This document shows, piece after piece, positions 25,850 to 38,300 of a stretch of DNA of 64,000 nt. Made by a program: the position numbers and the translations under genes. Origin of the DNA: Octopus sinensis (taxonomy: Eukaryota). The first letter of the stretch is position 1, and the number at the start of each line of letters is the position of its first letter. The DNA is taken from the NCBI RefSeq assembly GCF_006345805.1, contig NC_043005.1:91140001-91204000 (forward strand). Reading direction: 5' to 3'. A model generated the notes under the pieces. It saw only the letters and a program-made list of their open reading frames with translations. It was not told the origin of the DNA and did no database searches.

Positions 25850-26910
25850 ATTTCTAGAGAAATGATAAGCATGTAATAGACTATTGGTTTCCCTGCTCTT
25901 TTCTTTGTCCTTCGTTGTTAGCACCGTCTTTCCTTTTGTCGCTCATATTCATGTCAGTAAGAAACAGTAGCATAAAGCTTTCCAATTTGATATTTTCTCA
26001 GACATTTTTCTCATTGTCTCATCTGTAATATTTATATTCTCTTATTTTTTATCTATTTTCCACTTCACTTTTAAATTTCCGTAACCATTTCACTTCCCTG
26101 TTACGTTGAACCTCTTGACATATCCTTCCTACTGATGTTCCTTCTCACTGCTCAGCTGATTGTAAAAATTCCATTCATTGTTTGTCGAAAAGTTGTTCTA
26201 CTGATATTGGTTTGTTGTTTGTTAGTTTCTAGTTCTTTTTTATTTGATTTTATTTTTGTTTTATCTCTTCTTTAGCTATGTCTAATGTTGCTCTTTCTTT
26301 GGAGCTCGTTCCTGTATCTTTCTTTCACCATCTCTTTTTCAGTTATTGCGTTTGCCTTTCATCCTTTCGGTGTCAATGAATTAAGTACCAGTTGCATACT
26401 GGGGACGATCTAATCGACTGGCCCCCTCCCCCAAAATTTCGGGCCTTGTGCTTAGTGTAGAAAAGAAATGTTCTACAGAAACAGTGGCTGTGCAGTATAT
26501 GAACCCGTTTACATCTGATATATTTCCATCAATGATTTTTGTAAACGTCGCATCCAGCTTTTTTACCACTTTACGTAGTTTTTCTCTTCATTTCTCTCAA
26601 AGCTGGTACTCTCTTCCTTTCACTAGTTTGTCCCATTTGGCCGTTGTGGTAAGTTCCTTTCCTCCTCTATAACATTATTTCGTTGCACAAAATATAGCTT
26701 CATCCTGATGATCTATTGCTCTTTCTATTACTTGTCCGATTTCTTCTACGAAGCCATCATTATTTAGGAGATCTCTTCCAGGTCCTACTGGGATTGTCTT
26801 TTCATGATTAGATTTTTTTCTGATCTAGAAGGCTGTGTTCTGTGAGAGGGGACATATCTTTCTCTAACCATATGGTATACATATTTTTCCTATATCCTAT
26901 TTTGGCAGGT
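25850..26910 (-). pseudogene. R4/Dong-clade N-terminal relic, interrupted by a SINE A piece (26340-26470)
   Basis: GYRKNMYTIWLEKDMSPLTEHSLLDQKKI resembles the R4 N-terminal GYRKRM..IW....TEQRL.DQ motif; the rest is very degenerate. Confidence 0.5.
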
Positions 26911-26950
26911 TCGCTTCTGTATCATTATTATTATTATTATTATTATTATT

Positions 26951-27497
26951 GAGTGAGAGAGCAGTGCATGCCATCAAAGTGACACTGGGGTAAAATATAC
27001 GAAGCCAATATACCCATCATGACTACCCGTCTGATAAAGGTAACCAGGCACATGCATCACAACCATATGTGCGCGACATGGTGATCTCATATCAAGATAA
27101 ACAGCACATGACCTTGCAGGTGGGGCCCAGTTAGAATTTTCTTCAGATTGAGTAGCCCATCCCGCTCAAACGGTCCCTGAATAAGGGTTGTTTAAGGATG
27201 TTGAAAGAACCACCATGTTTCCAGAGGTGAACTATTCAAACCCCAAAGAATCCCTCTCAACACATGGCTATGATGCTCCCCCACTACTTCTGCTCGTGAC
27301 AGAGATGCACATATTGTCAGCCACGAAGGGACATGCTAACTGGTTAAGGTCAAAAACTGACAAGCAAATCTGTGGTATTGAGCAGAATATTTGCTGTAGC
27401 CCATCTTTTATACCAAGACAAACAATGTACATGATAACACTTCCAATCAGTTAAGATCAGAAGCCATGAGAGCCACTGCCTGTACTGCATCAGGGCA

Positions 27498-27499
<2 letters not shown>
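26951..27499. mobile_element. Unclassified ~550-bp non-coding insertion between (TTA)n tracts
   Basis: Complex sequence sharply bounded by TTA repeats on both sides, with no ORF, TIR or clear Pol III boxes. Confidence 0.5.
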
Positions 27500-27568
<69 letters not shown>

Positions 27569-27579
27569 TTATTATTTCT

Positions 27580-28303
27580 CTTTATCACAGGTTTTTTGTT
27601 GGGGCTCCTGGAGTCTTACATGCGTAGCGGGTTTGCTACCTGCAGCCTGCGGTACCATGCTACCCATTCTTTTCAGCTATTATTCCGGCCGTGCCAAAGA
27701 GGCAAACAGTTCTACTGGGTGCTCTACTCCAATTTCCTTTCTACTCCCCTTGATACTTTCTGATACTGTTCTCAAGGATACTACAAGAATTAGCACTATC
27801 TTCACCTTCTTCATTTTCCATTACCGGGCTATTTCGTACTTAAGAGTGTTGTATTAATCTATCTTTCCGCCTTCCTACTTGAATATTCGTGAGTCAAAGG
27901 GGCATGCAACATCAACTATATAGCATATGAGGTGCATCTTGTCCACCACCACTAGATCCGGTCTGTTATGCTCTAACACCTGATCTGTTTGGATTGGGAA
28001 ATCCCAAAGGATTTTGCTAGTCTCCGACTCCGTCACTCTCTGCGGTTTGTGCTCATACCACGGCTTGCCTCTCTCTAGCCCCCACTTTTCGCACAGCTTC
28101 CAATTTAGCACTTCCGCTACCTGATCGTGTCACCACAACTTTTAGTTGTTTGGAGCAAGTCTGTGGCATTCGTTCGTAATATAGGCAATGGTTTCATCCA
28201 CTCTATTGCAGATGCGGCACAGCGGAGACACATGCTCATTCTTAAAGTTGAACCTCCACTTCGTGGCCAAAGCTTGGTCTTGCGCTGCCAGTATAGTGCT
28301 ATA
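27580..28303 (-). pseudogene. 5'-truncated R4/Dong-clade retrotransposon in a (TAA)n microsatellite
   Basis: WKLCEKWGL..KPWYEHKP.RVTE...KILWDFPIQTDQVLEHNRPDLVVVDK...IVDVACPFD (restriction-like endonuclease), with TTA tracts on both flanks. Confidence 0.88.
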
Positions 28304-28316
28304 TCATTATTATTAA

Positions 28317-28370
<54 letters not shown>

Positions 28371-28502
28371 GGCGGCCAGCTTGGCGGCATTCCGTCCGTC
28401 TTAATGTTCTGAGTTCAAGTCTGCCGGAGTCGACTTTGCCTTCTATCCTTTCGGGGCCGATAAATTAAGTATCAGTTGCACACTGAGGACGACTTAATCG
28501 AC
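28371..28502 (+). mobile_element. SINE family A internally deleted copy
   Basis: GGCGGC...GTTCTGAGTTCAAGTCTGCCGGAGTCGACTTTGCC...GATAAATTAAGTATCAG. Confidence 0.75.
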
Positions 28503-29602
28503 CACCTGGAATGATTTCTGGACAGTGAGTGTGTGTGGGTTCCGTTTGTGAGGCACGTCTTTCCGCAACTCGTCTCCTTGGCGAAGATGCAGTCCTGGGT
28601 GAAGAAAAGACCGAGACTGGACGCCTGGCACCTGGAATGTCGTCAGGCTCTCAGAGCCCTCTGCCAGTCGGACAGTGGGATTTGTGGATGTTCCGCTTTA
28701 AAAATTTATAGTAGATTCGTGGCGGGTAAGTGCGATGACGTTCTCGGGGAGACTGGGCGCCGACGAAAATGAATTGGCCAGTCCGTTCCGGAGGACTTTC
28801 TGGTCGGGAACTACCATGGATAATTTCCTGGTGTCCTTGGCCTAGCAGTGCTACCGGGGGTGCAACCGATTTAAGATAAACTATACAGACATGGATGTGC
28901 TGCTAGACGGGCTTGTCCGAGGTGCGCGCAGAGCGACGAAAGCGTTCTGCACGCACTCGTTCAGTGTCTGCGCATTGCTAACGTTTGAGGTTATGTCGAA
29001 CAGCTGCTGTCGCATGTGGGATGGATCCATTTGTCGGCCGAGTCCATAGTTATGATTGCCCCGCCTCCTTCCTTTAATCGGACAAGCAAGGCAGTTGTTC
29101 TTTACCTAGTGGCTGTGGCGAAAGTTGTGGTGGACAAGGCTGAGCGGCATGAGAACAGATACTTTCCTATTTGGTAGGTCTCATATGGACTCCTTCAAGA
29201 TTCGCTTGAAAAGGAAATTGAGGGTGAACAGGGAAGTGCTGTTCTCGAGTGAGCTTACTGAAAGGTGGGTGAAAGTTGCGAAAATGGCAAGAGTGGATGG
29301 TACCTCTCTAAGTGTAGATATGTGAGTCGGAGAAAGAGAAATGGAAGGGGCACTTGCTCTTGATGTTCAGGGAGATGCCGGACAGTGGAGTTCCTCGATT
29401 ATCCCGATAGGTCACCCTGTATCAGGAGAGCTACATCTCTATCATCCCCACCTTTTTTAACATTGTATACTATGTGTATTCCCCTTCCTTTTTATTGCAC
29501 ACTGGGTATACTCACTTCATTTCATTATACGTAAATCCCCACACTTTGTGTCTGTCTTTGTATTGTCCCCCTCATCCACCCTGGTGGCAAATAAATGAAA
29601 TC
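28503..29602 (+). pseudogene. 5'-truncated L1/Tx1-clade element of a second subfamily
   Basis: VWVPFVRHVFPQL..SWVKKRPRLDAWHLECRQAL aligns to VWSPLARQMFPEF..AWCSRRPRSSEWHKECRKAL of ORF2 at 55624. C-terminus LKRKLRV...ERWVKVAKM; 3' end GGTGGCAAATAAATGAAAT resembles 59253-59271. Confidence 0.85.
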
Positions 29603-29625
29603 ATTATATAATAATAATAATAATA

Positions 29626-29676
<51 letters not shown>

Positions 29677-29875
29677 GTTGTTGTTGTTGTTGTTGTTGTT
29701 GTTATCATTATTATTTACTTTTAATCTGCATGTTTGTTACAATCACTTGCCGAGACACACCCAGCGTTTTAAGGCAAGTGAAGGATAAAGAGAAGTTACA
29801 GTATGGCTGAAAGCTTGGGGAGGGGAAGTAGCAGGGGCTATAGCGAAATATCTTCATGTAATGCAGCTCAGACAT

Positions 29876-29972
29876 TTAAATTCATAGGGTTTTTCTAAGG
29901 ATGTGGGCAGTACTTGTCAACACGATCTTTTGCATTTCTCTGATACATGGTTCTCCTGAGATATTATCTAGA
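29876..29972 (-). pseudogene. R4/Dong 3'-terminal fragment
   Basis: LDNISGEPCIREMQKIVLTSTAHILRKTL* matches the Q...LL.TA.ILRK.L end of R4 ORFs; adjacent TTA tract. Confidence 0.65.
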
Positions 29973-30021
29973 AGCTTATTATTATTATTATTATCATTAT
30001 TATTATTATTATTATTATTAT

Positions 30022-30101
<80 letters not shown>

Positions 30102-30103
<2 letters not shown>

Positions 30104-30355
30104 GGTGATCTGACACAGGTTCGTTCCTATTCCTGGCAGAATTATGTGGATAGCAGGTTACTACTTGTAACCCTAGGTATCCACAAGCTTTCAATGGTCT
30201 TTCGAGCGCATAAAACCCATCTGATAATATTTCTTTTCCCTAAGAGGCAAACTTTCTGTCGAAGCCCTACAGGACATTCTATTCCAATGTCCTTCAACCA
30301 TTTCTCTATATCTTTACTTACAGTTCCCAATTCCCCAACTATTACAGGCACCAAT
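30102..30355 (-). pseudogene. R4/Dong 3'-terminal fragment in TAA microsatellite
   Basis: VPVIVGELGTVSKDIEKWLKDIGIECPVGLRQKVCLLG..IIR.VL, with TTA tracts on both sides. Confidence 0.8.
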
Positions 30356-30410
30356 TATTATTATTGTTGTTGTCGTTGTTATTATTTTTATTATTATCAT
30401 TAGTATTATT

Positions 30411-30449
<39 letters not shown>

Positions 30450-30554
30450 ATTATTGTTGTTGTTATTATTATTATTGTTATTATTATTATTCTCTTGATC
30501 ATCATCGTCATCAATATTGTCATCATCGTCATCATTGTCATCATCAGCATCATT

Positions 30555-30592
<38 letters not shown>

Positions 30593-30744
30593 TATCGTTT
30601 CTGTCCAAATTAGAGGAGTTTATTTTGTCTCCTCATTTTCTGAATTACTAAGCGTGTTTGTACGAGGAAATGTTTTTTTTTGTTTTTTTTTATGTCAGCA
30701 TCTTGGCAGAACGAAAGTCAGACATTTCAAAACATTTTGATTCG

Positions 30745-30871
30745 ACCTGCCTTAATTATCTCCATAAAATTCAAAAGATACCGGGACAAATTCTTCCAAA
30801 AAATACATGACGAACTACCGACGCCTGGATACATTTCGACTAACAACAACTCCTCTCCGAGTGAACTTTGA
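30745..30871 (+). pseudogene. CR1 3'-terminal fragment
   Basis: KFKRYRDKFFQKIHDELPTPGYISTNNNS matches the CR1 C-terminal FK..LD.FL..IPD.P..PGY motif. Confidence 0.6.
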
Positions 30872-32242
30872 TATCCTAAAACGGGAACTAAACGACTACT
30901 CATCGTGGTGCTATTAAGGCAGACATGGCTTGAGTCTATAAGGGCCAAAACCTAAGTTGTCTATGTTATTTAAGAAAACTTAGTACCGACTCATCCTTCG
31001 AAAGAAGATAAATAAAGATTCTTCGAGAAACAAAGTAATTTTAATACCTCGTTTGGCAGTCCAACCACATATGAGCAATTGAAGAAGCCGTCGGTGATGT
31101 GTAAGTCAGTATCTCATTCATTGTCCAATTTGAAGTCTACGGGACTACCGATTTGCCCTTCAAGATGAAGGGACCTCAAGTACAGATAATGTACCAAACA
31201 CTCATTCATTGACTCATACTTCAATTATATGGGTCAAAGGACACAAAGATATCAGTGTGGTGGTATTATCGACCCCTGACACTTTATCACTTTTGATGAA
31301 CAAAAGGGGTAAGCGGTGAGGCCGCGAAAAATGAAATGTGATCTAGAGGGGTCAATATGGGCTCGCAAGTCCAATATGGACTTGCAAGTCTTCACAACCT
31401 TTATGCAAGGCTGGAGACCCAGCTCTTATAAAAGTGACAGTAAGAAGCACTTAGAAACCTGAACCCCGCAGAGTTGAAAACTCAAAAGTAGAAACAACAG
31501 CAGACAGTAACAAAGACAGCATGACTGGAGGTTGCCGTTCAACACAGTCGTCCTCTATCTGAGGGGCTGACAAGAAACTGAGACTCTTCAACCCCGGCCA
31601 GTGACAGCAAGGAGTAATAGAAGGGAAAGCTTAACAGTAGCAACATACCAACAACCCCGGAGGTTACCAACCTTGTACCATCGCACGCTACACCGCCAGT
31701 CTCAGCCCAGTGAAGACCCAGAGAATCCACCTCATATTTACTACCAGAAAACAAGCAAGAACCCTTCCCTTGTCTGAAAAGCAGTACTGTTCTACCGTCT
31801 TATGACAATGAGGACGTAGCAGAAGCCGAAAAGGAAAACTACCGTGTAAAAAAACAACCTAGAAGAGTAAGAAAACCGAACCAAAAGACGTGCAGCACAC
31901 AGAAGGATCTGTATGATAACGACAAGAAACTCGGTCATTCGAAAAAATGAACCATTATTTCGGAAATCAAATAGCATGAATGTGGCGCGTGAATATAATT
32001 CTCAGGAACTAATTACCAAAGACCAAATAAGTCCGAAATGCTAGAAAGACGCAACCGATGGATTTTTGATGAAACTAATATCGGATTGCCACATGCTGAA
32101 ACAAGAGTATCCTAAAGAAAGTGGGATGTTTCGTATTTGGGACTAATCACGCAGAAAGAATAGACTCTTACCCCGTCCCCTATATATTGCTGGCCTTGTG
32201 CCAATAATAATAATAATGGTAATAATAATAATAATAATAATA

Positions 32243-32302
<60 letters not shown>

Positions 32303-32599
32303 TGTGATTTTATATTTGCGGACGTCTTACGAGGTTGTTCCAATGAATTTCGATTATTAGAAAATGTTACTAGATGACGATCTCTTGTCAACAGAAGACA
32401 CTGGAAAGTTTTGGAGGTCTATTCCAATACCTGGAATAGACAAAAGCTTGCCTGAATGTCTGGGTGGTGGCGGTGGTTTTGGGAGTAGGGGTAAGTGTAT
32501 GTGTGTGTTTATGATCTATTCAATATGGCTTCCAATACCAGCAGTGCAGCGAGATTTATTAGCAAAAAGGGAAATTGTATTGGATACGACCCGTGACAA

Positions 32600-33190
32600 A
32601 AACAAAATGATGACATAATTTCTGAACAAACGATAAATAAATCTAATATATAAAAAAAAAGTTAAACTGAATTCAAAACGAGATGATAAAAAAATAGTGA
32701 CAATGAAACAAACAAGCGCAGACAAACATAAACATAGTTTGACACTCCAAAACAAATTTGCATGGCATGAACAAGAACACAAGAACAAGAACAACGCAGA
32801 TTTGTGCGATGTTGATAAAGGTATCATCAACCAGTTCGTTTGCCAGCGTACGAGCCAATACGAGCCAAAGGGAGGTTCTAAACTTGGATCAAATTCAGGC
32901 AAAGAAATAGATACGAGTAGCGATATATAACAACTGAGTGTGTCCCTCTGTCTAAGGAAAGTATCCAAAAGCTTACAAGGGTGGGGGGGTGATAGACTAC
33001 TGCTTCACAAACCCTGAAGTGAATCAAGTTAAAGGAAGTTGTGCACGAGGTACGACGTAATGTACGGTCCATTAATTGGTGTATCTGCTCTCTAACACAA
33101 AGGACGGAGTAAGAAAGCAGGTACTGAAATAAAAGGAACGACATAACAGAAAATTCCTGAACTTCATCGTGCATAAACTTGTCAGAGTGG
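32600..33190 (-). pseudogene. Possible degenerate Penelope GIY-YIG relic
   Basis: HSVVIYRYS resembles S.VIY.F.C; the rest is weak and frameshifted. Confidence 0.3.
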
Positions 33191-33366
33191 ATAAGAAAAG
33201 GACACCGTCCTCCTATTATCTAAGATATAACTGTGCATAGACAATTAAAGCATCTTTAAGACTACGTATATACACTTCACATAACTTTGATATTCTTTTT
33301 TATAACACGTTTTTCTATTTATAAATGGTACCTGTTGGTAAAATAAAGAAAAAATGTATTATTATA

Positions 33367-33407
<41 letters not shown>

Positions 33408-33429
33408 CATCATCATCATCATTATTATT

Positions 33430-33630
33430 AAGGCGGCGAGCTGGCAGAATCGTTAGCGCAGTGGACGAAATTGTTTAGCGGTACGTTCTGAGTTCAAATT
33501 CCACCGAGGTCGACTTTGCCTTTCATCCTTTCGGGGTCGATAAATTAAGTACCAGTTACACACTGGGCTCGATGTAATCGACTTAGCCTCTCCCCACAAA
33601 TCTGAGGCCTTGTGCCTCCAATAGAAAGGA
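33430..33630 (+). mobile_element. SINE family A copy
   Basis: AAGGCGGCGAGCTGGCAGAATCGTTAG...GAGTTCAAATTCC...GGTCGATAAATTAAGTACCAG. Confidence 0.85.
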
Positions 33631-33722
33631 TTCTTATCATTATTATCATTATTATTATTATTAGAAAATTTTCTAATTCACTGGAAGCTATATAAAGATA
33701 CATACATACACGCACACACACA

Positions 33723-33789
<67 letters not shown>

Positions 33790-33820
33790 CCACACATATA
33801 TATATATATTATATATATAT

Positions 33821-33851
<31 letters not shown>

Positions 33852-33904
33852 TCTAATTTCACGAGAAAATGAAGACTATAAAATTAAAGTAACAACAGTC
33901 TTAC

Positions 33905-33997
33905 CTCTGGTACAACGGCAATGTGATCGTCAAAATCCGTTGATTGTTGTCTCCTCATCACCTCTGCTCTTTCGAAGCTAATTGAACGGGCATCCAT
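33905..33997 (-). CDS. TPH: Probable first coding exon of tryptophan hydroxylase
   Basis: caaaATGG start with an in-frame TAG 33 nt upstream; 93 nt encoding MDARSISFERAEVMRRQQSTDFDDHIAVVPE, then the donor GAG|gtaaga. Phase 0 joins exon 10313-10420. Its link to the gene is inferred from phase and from resemblance to the TPH2 N-terminus; it implies a 23.5 kb intron. Confidence 0.65.
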
Positions 33998-34378
33998 TTT
34001 GGAATATCTTTGTAGTTTTATAAAGTTCTAACGATTTGGGTTTAAAAGTTTAAAAGAAAAACGAAGGAAATTAGATGGACTTAGTAAGTAGTTATTGGAT
34101 GATATAGACTTCTTCGAAATTATTTTTGTGCTTTTCTTTTTCTGATACTTTAAATTGGAGTTTTTCTGATCATTTCTCAGTTTTTTTTATTTTTCTTATT
34201 TATATATTTACGTAATTTTGTGTTTTTCTTTTAGTTTGTTTGTTTAGTATTCTCGTTTCTCAAAAATTGTTCAGAATAGCTGACTACACCACAACTCTCA
34301 AATTAAGTCCTCATTGGTTTTTGTCCTTAAATTCCAAGTGATTCAACGAAATGGAAGAATAGATTTGTTAAGAATTGA

Positions 34379-34420
34379 AACTGATGCACTAGGAGAGTAA
34401 AACTGTTTTGTTTTAAAAAC
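34379..34420 (-). promoter_or_regulatory. Candidate 5' boundary of TPH exon 1: Inr-like TCAGTT or a splice acceptor
   Basis: Minus strand T-rich tract ...cagttttactctcctag|tgcaTCAGTTtc, about 390 nt upstream of the ATG. It could be a 3' splice site of a 5'UTR intron or an initiator; the sequence alone cannot decide. Confidence 0.25.
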
Positions 34421-34611
34421 AAAAAATTAAAAAGAAATTAAGATTAAACTAAAAAAAATCATTTAAATAATAGTTTAAACAAGAAAAAAATCAATTATTC
34501 AACACTGTCTTATTGTCCTGTTTATCCTGAGAATAAGATAATTATATTTCCTATACAAATGCATGTGTATATATGTATATATATATATATATGGATGGAT
34601 GCGTGTACGTG

Positions 34612-34695
<84 letters not shown>

Positions 34696-36712
34696 TGTAT
34701 GTATATCAATATCTACCAATAGGTTGAGGTCGTGGGTGGAGTTTATGGTTCAAGCTCAGATGTTTTCAAGTTTACTTCAGGTCGTTGTTGTCCTCGTTAG
34801 TGCCCTTCTTCTGGCCGTTGTGCTCGTTTCAAGTCGTTGTAATTATCGTTGTAGTAACTGTAGCTGACATCAGATTTAAAACCGAACTTATATATCCGTG
34901 GAGATGTTCCGATACCTCTATCAGTGTTTTTTACATTTACGTAGTGTATACGAGTCCATCTTGCTTTTTTCTTTGTGTATTTATTTATAAATATATAATT
35001 GCATATAGCTTGGTTTAATCTGTAATGCAAAGTGCAAATATATGTGTGTATGGTTATGTATGTATGTATGTATATATATATAAGTTTGTGTGTGTATGTA
35101 TGTATGTACGAACGTACGTATGTATATAGATTAATATGTGTGTCTGTGTATCTGTAATGTTATTGTGATATGTAAATTGATGCACTGAAATCACTTTACG
35201 TGTGCGTCTAAAGATGTTTCACACATTTACACGAACAGAAATGCATGTGTACACTCATACTTCCACTCATTCAGTCTTTCATACGTATAAGCACATATAA
35301 CATACACATATAACATACACTATCACTCAGATATACATACACATATATACTTACAAACGTCACAAACACAAAACTTGTGTAGTACTTAGCATGGGTGTGT
35401 GAATATATATATAGCTGCGCTCCAATAGTCTATTTTAAAGGTAGTATTGTGTGTATGAGAAAATGTTAAGTGTTCGTAGGATCCTTGCTGGTGCCTGTTT
35501 TCCGTTCATTTAAGGTAAAGTTATGGGTGCCAAAAGTATTTAAAAAGTGAAAAAAATAAAAGTTGACTCTTGTGAAGGACGGAAATAAAATAGGAAAATA
35601 TAGAAAAGGAGGATGGAATAAACAACTATAAAAGGAAAAAAAATAAAAGATGAAATTAAAGTGGGAGAGACAGGCTGTGCTGATAATAATGAGAAAGTGA
35701 GAGTGAGAAAGGGAGAGGAAGCGAGAGAAAGAGAGGGAGATAAAGAGGGAGAGCGCTTGTGTGTGTGTGTGTGTGTGTGTGTGTTAACAGAGAAGAATAA
35801 GGAGGAGTATGGAATGAGAATAATAAAGAACGAAACAGTTTGTTGAAAGAGGAGAGAGTGATAAATAAAAAGGAAAACAGAGATAGGATATATGGAGAAT
35901 AATGAGAGAAAGGCGAGAGAGAGAGAGATGCTAGCAGTGGGTTAAAGAAAGTAGGAATACGGAATGAGAATGGTTAGATAAATAAAAAGAAAGAGTCACA
36001 GAAAGAAAAGTTGTTTTTCTCTTTTTGATATGTGTCGTCTGCGCTATGCAATTCTGCTATAATTTATAGAGGTAGCTTGCTTTAAGACGACACTTATACG
36101 GCTAAAGTGCCCACTGCTGGTGCTGCTGCTGTGACCACTACTGCTGTTACTGTTGCTGCTGCTGTGACCACTACTGCTGTTGCTGCTATCCTTTTTTTTC
36201 TTCTTTGTTTTTTTTTGTTTGTTTCTCTGTAGTTGTATGTGTGGGTGTCTAAGTGCGTTGTTATCAAATGTTAATACTGAAAAGATGGGTGTGGCGAACT
36301 CGGTAGAACAGAAGTGAGTATCTTATAATCCAACTCCGCAGATTGGGCCCGAGTATTTTCTGTTCTTTTGACCGATTATAATTCCATTTACATGTAGGAT
36401 AGATTATGGGAATTAATTAAAAATCTCTCGCCCCCACCTCGCAATACTTGGCTGGTACTTTATTTTATCGACCTCTGAAATAATAAAAGTAAGGGATTTG
36501 AAATATCGATCATAACCTATTTATCAGACGGTGGATTAGTAGAATAGTTAGGGAATCAAATGTATTATTAGTTCTGACTCTCTTCGCTCTAAGTTCAAAT
36601 CCCATTAAGGTCAACTTTGCTTGATAAAGTACAAGTACTGGAATCAATAACTCTGTCTGTATTTCTCTCTCTCACTATCTCTCTCTCTCACTCTCTCTCT
36701 CTCTCTCTCTCA

Positions 36713-36754
<42 letters not shown>

Positions 36755-37009
36755 CTAGCTACGTTGTATTGTGCGAATGGCCACAAGGGAATCATTCACA
36801 GATAGGCTAAACGAGAGGGGCTAGCAAGCTCTTTTCATAGAGAATCTGATTCGTTTCAGGAACCATCTTGAGATGGCTCAAAGTACAGCATTACACAAAA
36901 CGGTAATAACAATTCTTTCTGGCATAATCACGAATCCTGAAATTTCTTTGGTGGATGAGGAGTGATAATTGAATACATCTACCACAGGACTCCACCGGTA
37001 CTTACGTAT

Positions 37010-38300
37010 TTGAAAGGCAAAGTCAACTTCGAATGAATTTGAACTCAGAACGTAAAGAGGGACGAGATGTTGCTAAGCATTTTGTCCGGTGTGCTAACCA
37101 TTCTGCCAGTTCGCCACCTTTGAAGCAGTAATAATGATTCCAAATTCTGGCACAAGGCCAGCAATTCCGGAGCAAGAGTGAGCTAAGTCGATTAAATCGA
37201 CCCCAGTACCCAACTGGTAGTATTTTATCAACCCCGAAGAGGATGAAAGGCAAAGTCAACAACGGCGGGGTTTTAACTCAGAACATAAAGACGGACGAAA
37301 TGCCTATTTCTTTACTACCCACAAGGGGCTAAACACAGAGAGGACAAACAAAGACAGACACACGGATTAAGTCAATTATATCGACCCAAGTGCGTAACTG
37401 ATATTTATTTAATCGACCCCGAAAGGATGAAAGGCAAAGTCGACCTCGGCGGAATTTGAACTCAGAACGTAGCGGCAGAAGAAATACCGCTAAGCATTTC
37501 GCCCGGCGTGCTAACGTTTCTGCAAGCTCGCTGCCTTGTAGGCGGACGAAATGCCACTAAGCATATAGCCCGGCGTGCTAACGGTTCTGCTAGCTCACCA
37601 CCTTCGAAGCAGTAATAATAATAATGAATTTTAACATAAGCGCCAGACATCAAATTTGAATGAGGAAGGATTTAGTTGATTACATCAAACCCAGTATTTG
37701 ACGGGTACATTGTTTTATTGACCCTGAAATAATTAAAGGCAAATCCTGGCTTCGACATGATTTAACCTAAGACCACAAGGACAAGGAACAAATACCGCTG
37801 GACGCTTTGTCTGACGCTCTACCAATTCTGCCGCTCTTCTGTCCTCAAAACAGTAATAATTGCTTCTAACATTGGCAGAAGACCACAAGTTTGTGTGTAG
37901 AGAACAGTCGGTTAAATTGGCCCCAATACTTGACTCGTACTTATTTTAATTATACCAAAGAAATGAAGGGAAAACTTGACTTCACCTGGATTTGAACTGA
38001 GAAAGTAAAGAACCGGAATAAATACTGCAAAGTATTTTGTGCGACGCTCTGCCAATCCAACGCCTTTCTCTTTCCTAATGATTTTTGTTTTTTCTATTAT
38101 AGGCACGAGGCCTGAAACTTGGGGGAGGGATTAATCGATTACATCAACCCCAATGCTCAACTGGTACCTGTTTTTTCGACTCAAAAGGATAAAAGGCAGG
38201 GTCGACCTCGATGACGTTTGAATTCGGAACGTAAAACCAGAAGAAATACTGCTAAGCCTTTTGTCCAGCGCGGTAACAATTCTGTTAGCTCGCTGCCATG
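37010..38300 (-). mobile_element. Cluster of at least five SINE family A copies, all minus strand
   Basis: Repeated GAAAGGCAAAGTCGACCTCGGCGGAATTTGAACTCAGAACG cores at about 37020, 37250, 37430, 37980 and 38200. Confidence 0.85.

Noticed and set aside
27420-27470. Faint U2 snRNA resemblance (ATCAGTTAAGATCAG)
   Set aside because: Match too short, and no Sm site or flanking similarity.
31230-31800. LTR-like segment with a TATAAAA motif
   Set aside because: No TG...CA termini, TSD or second copy identified.
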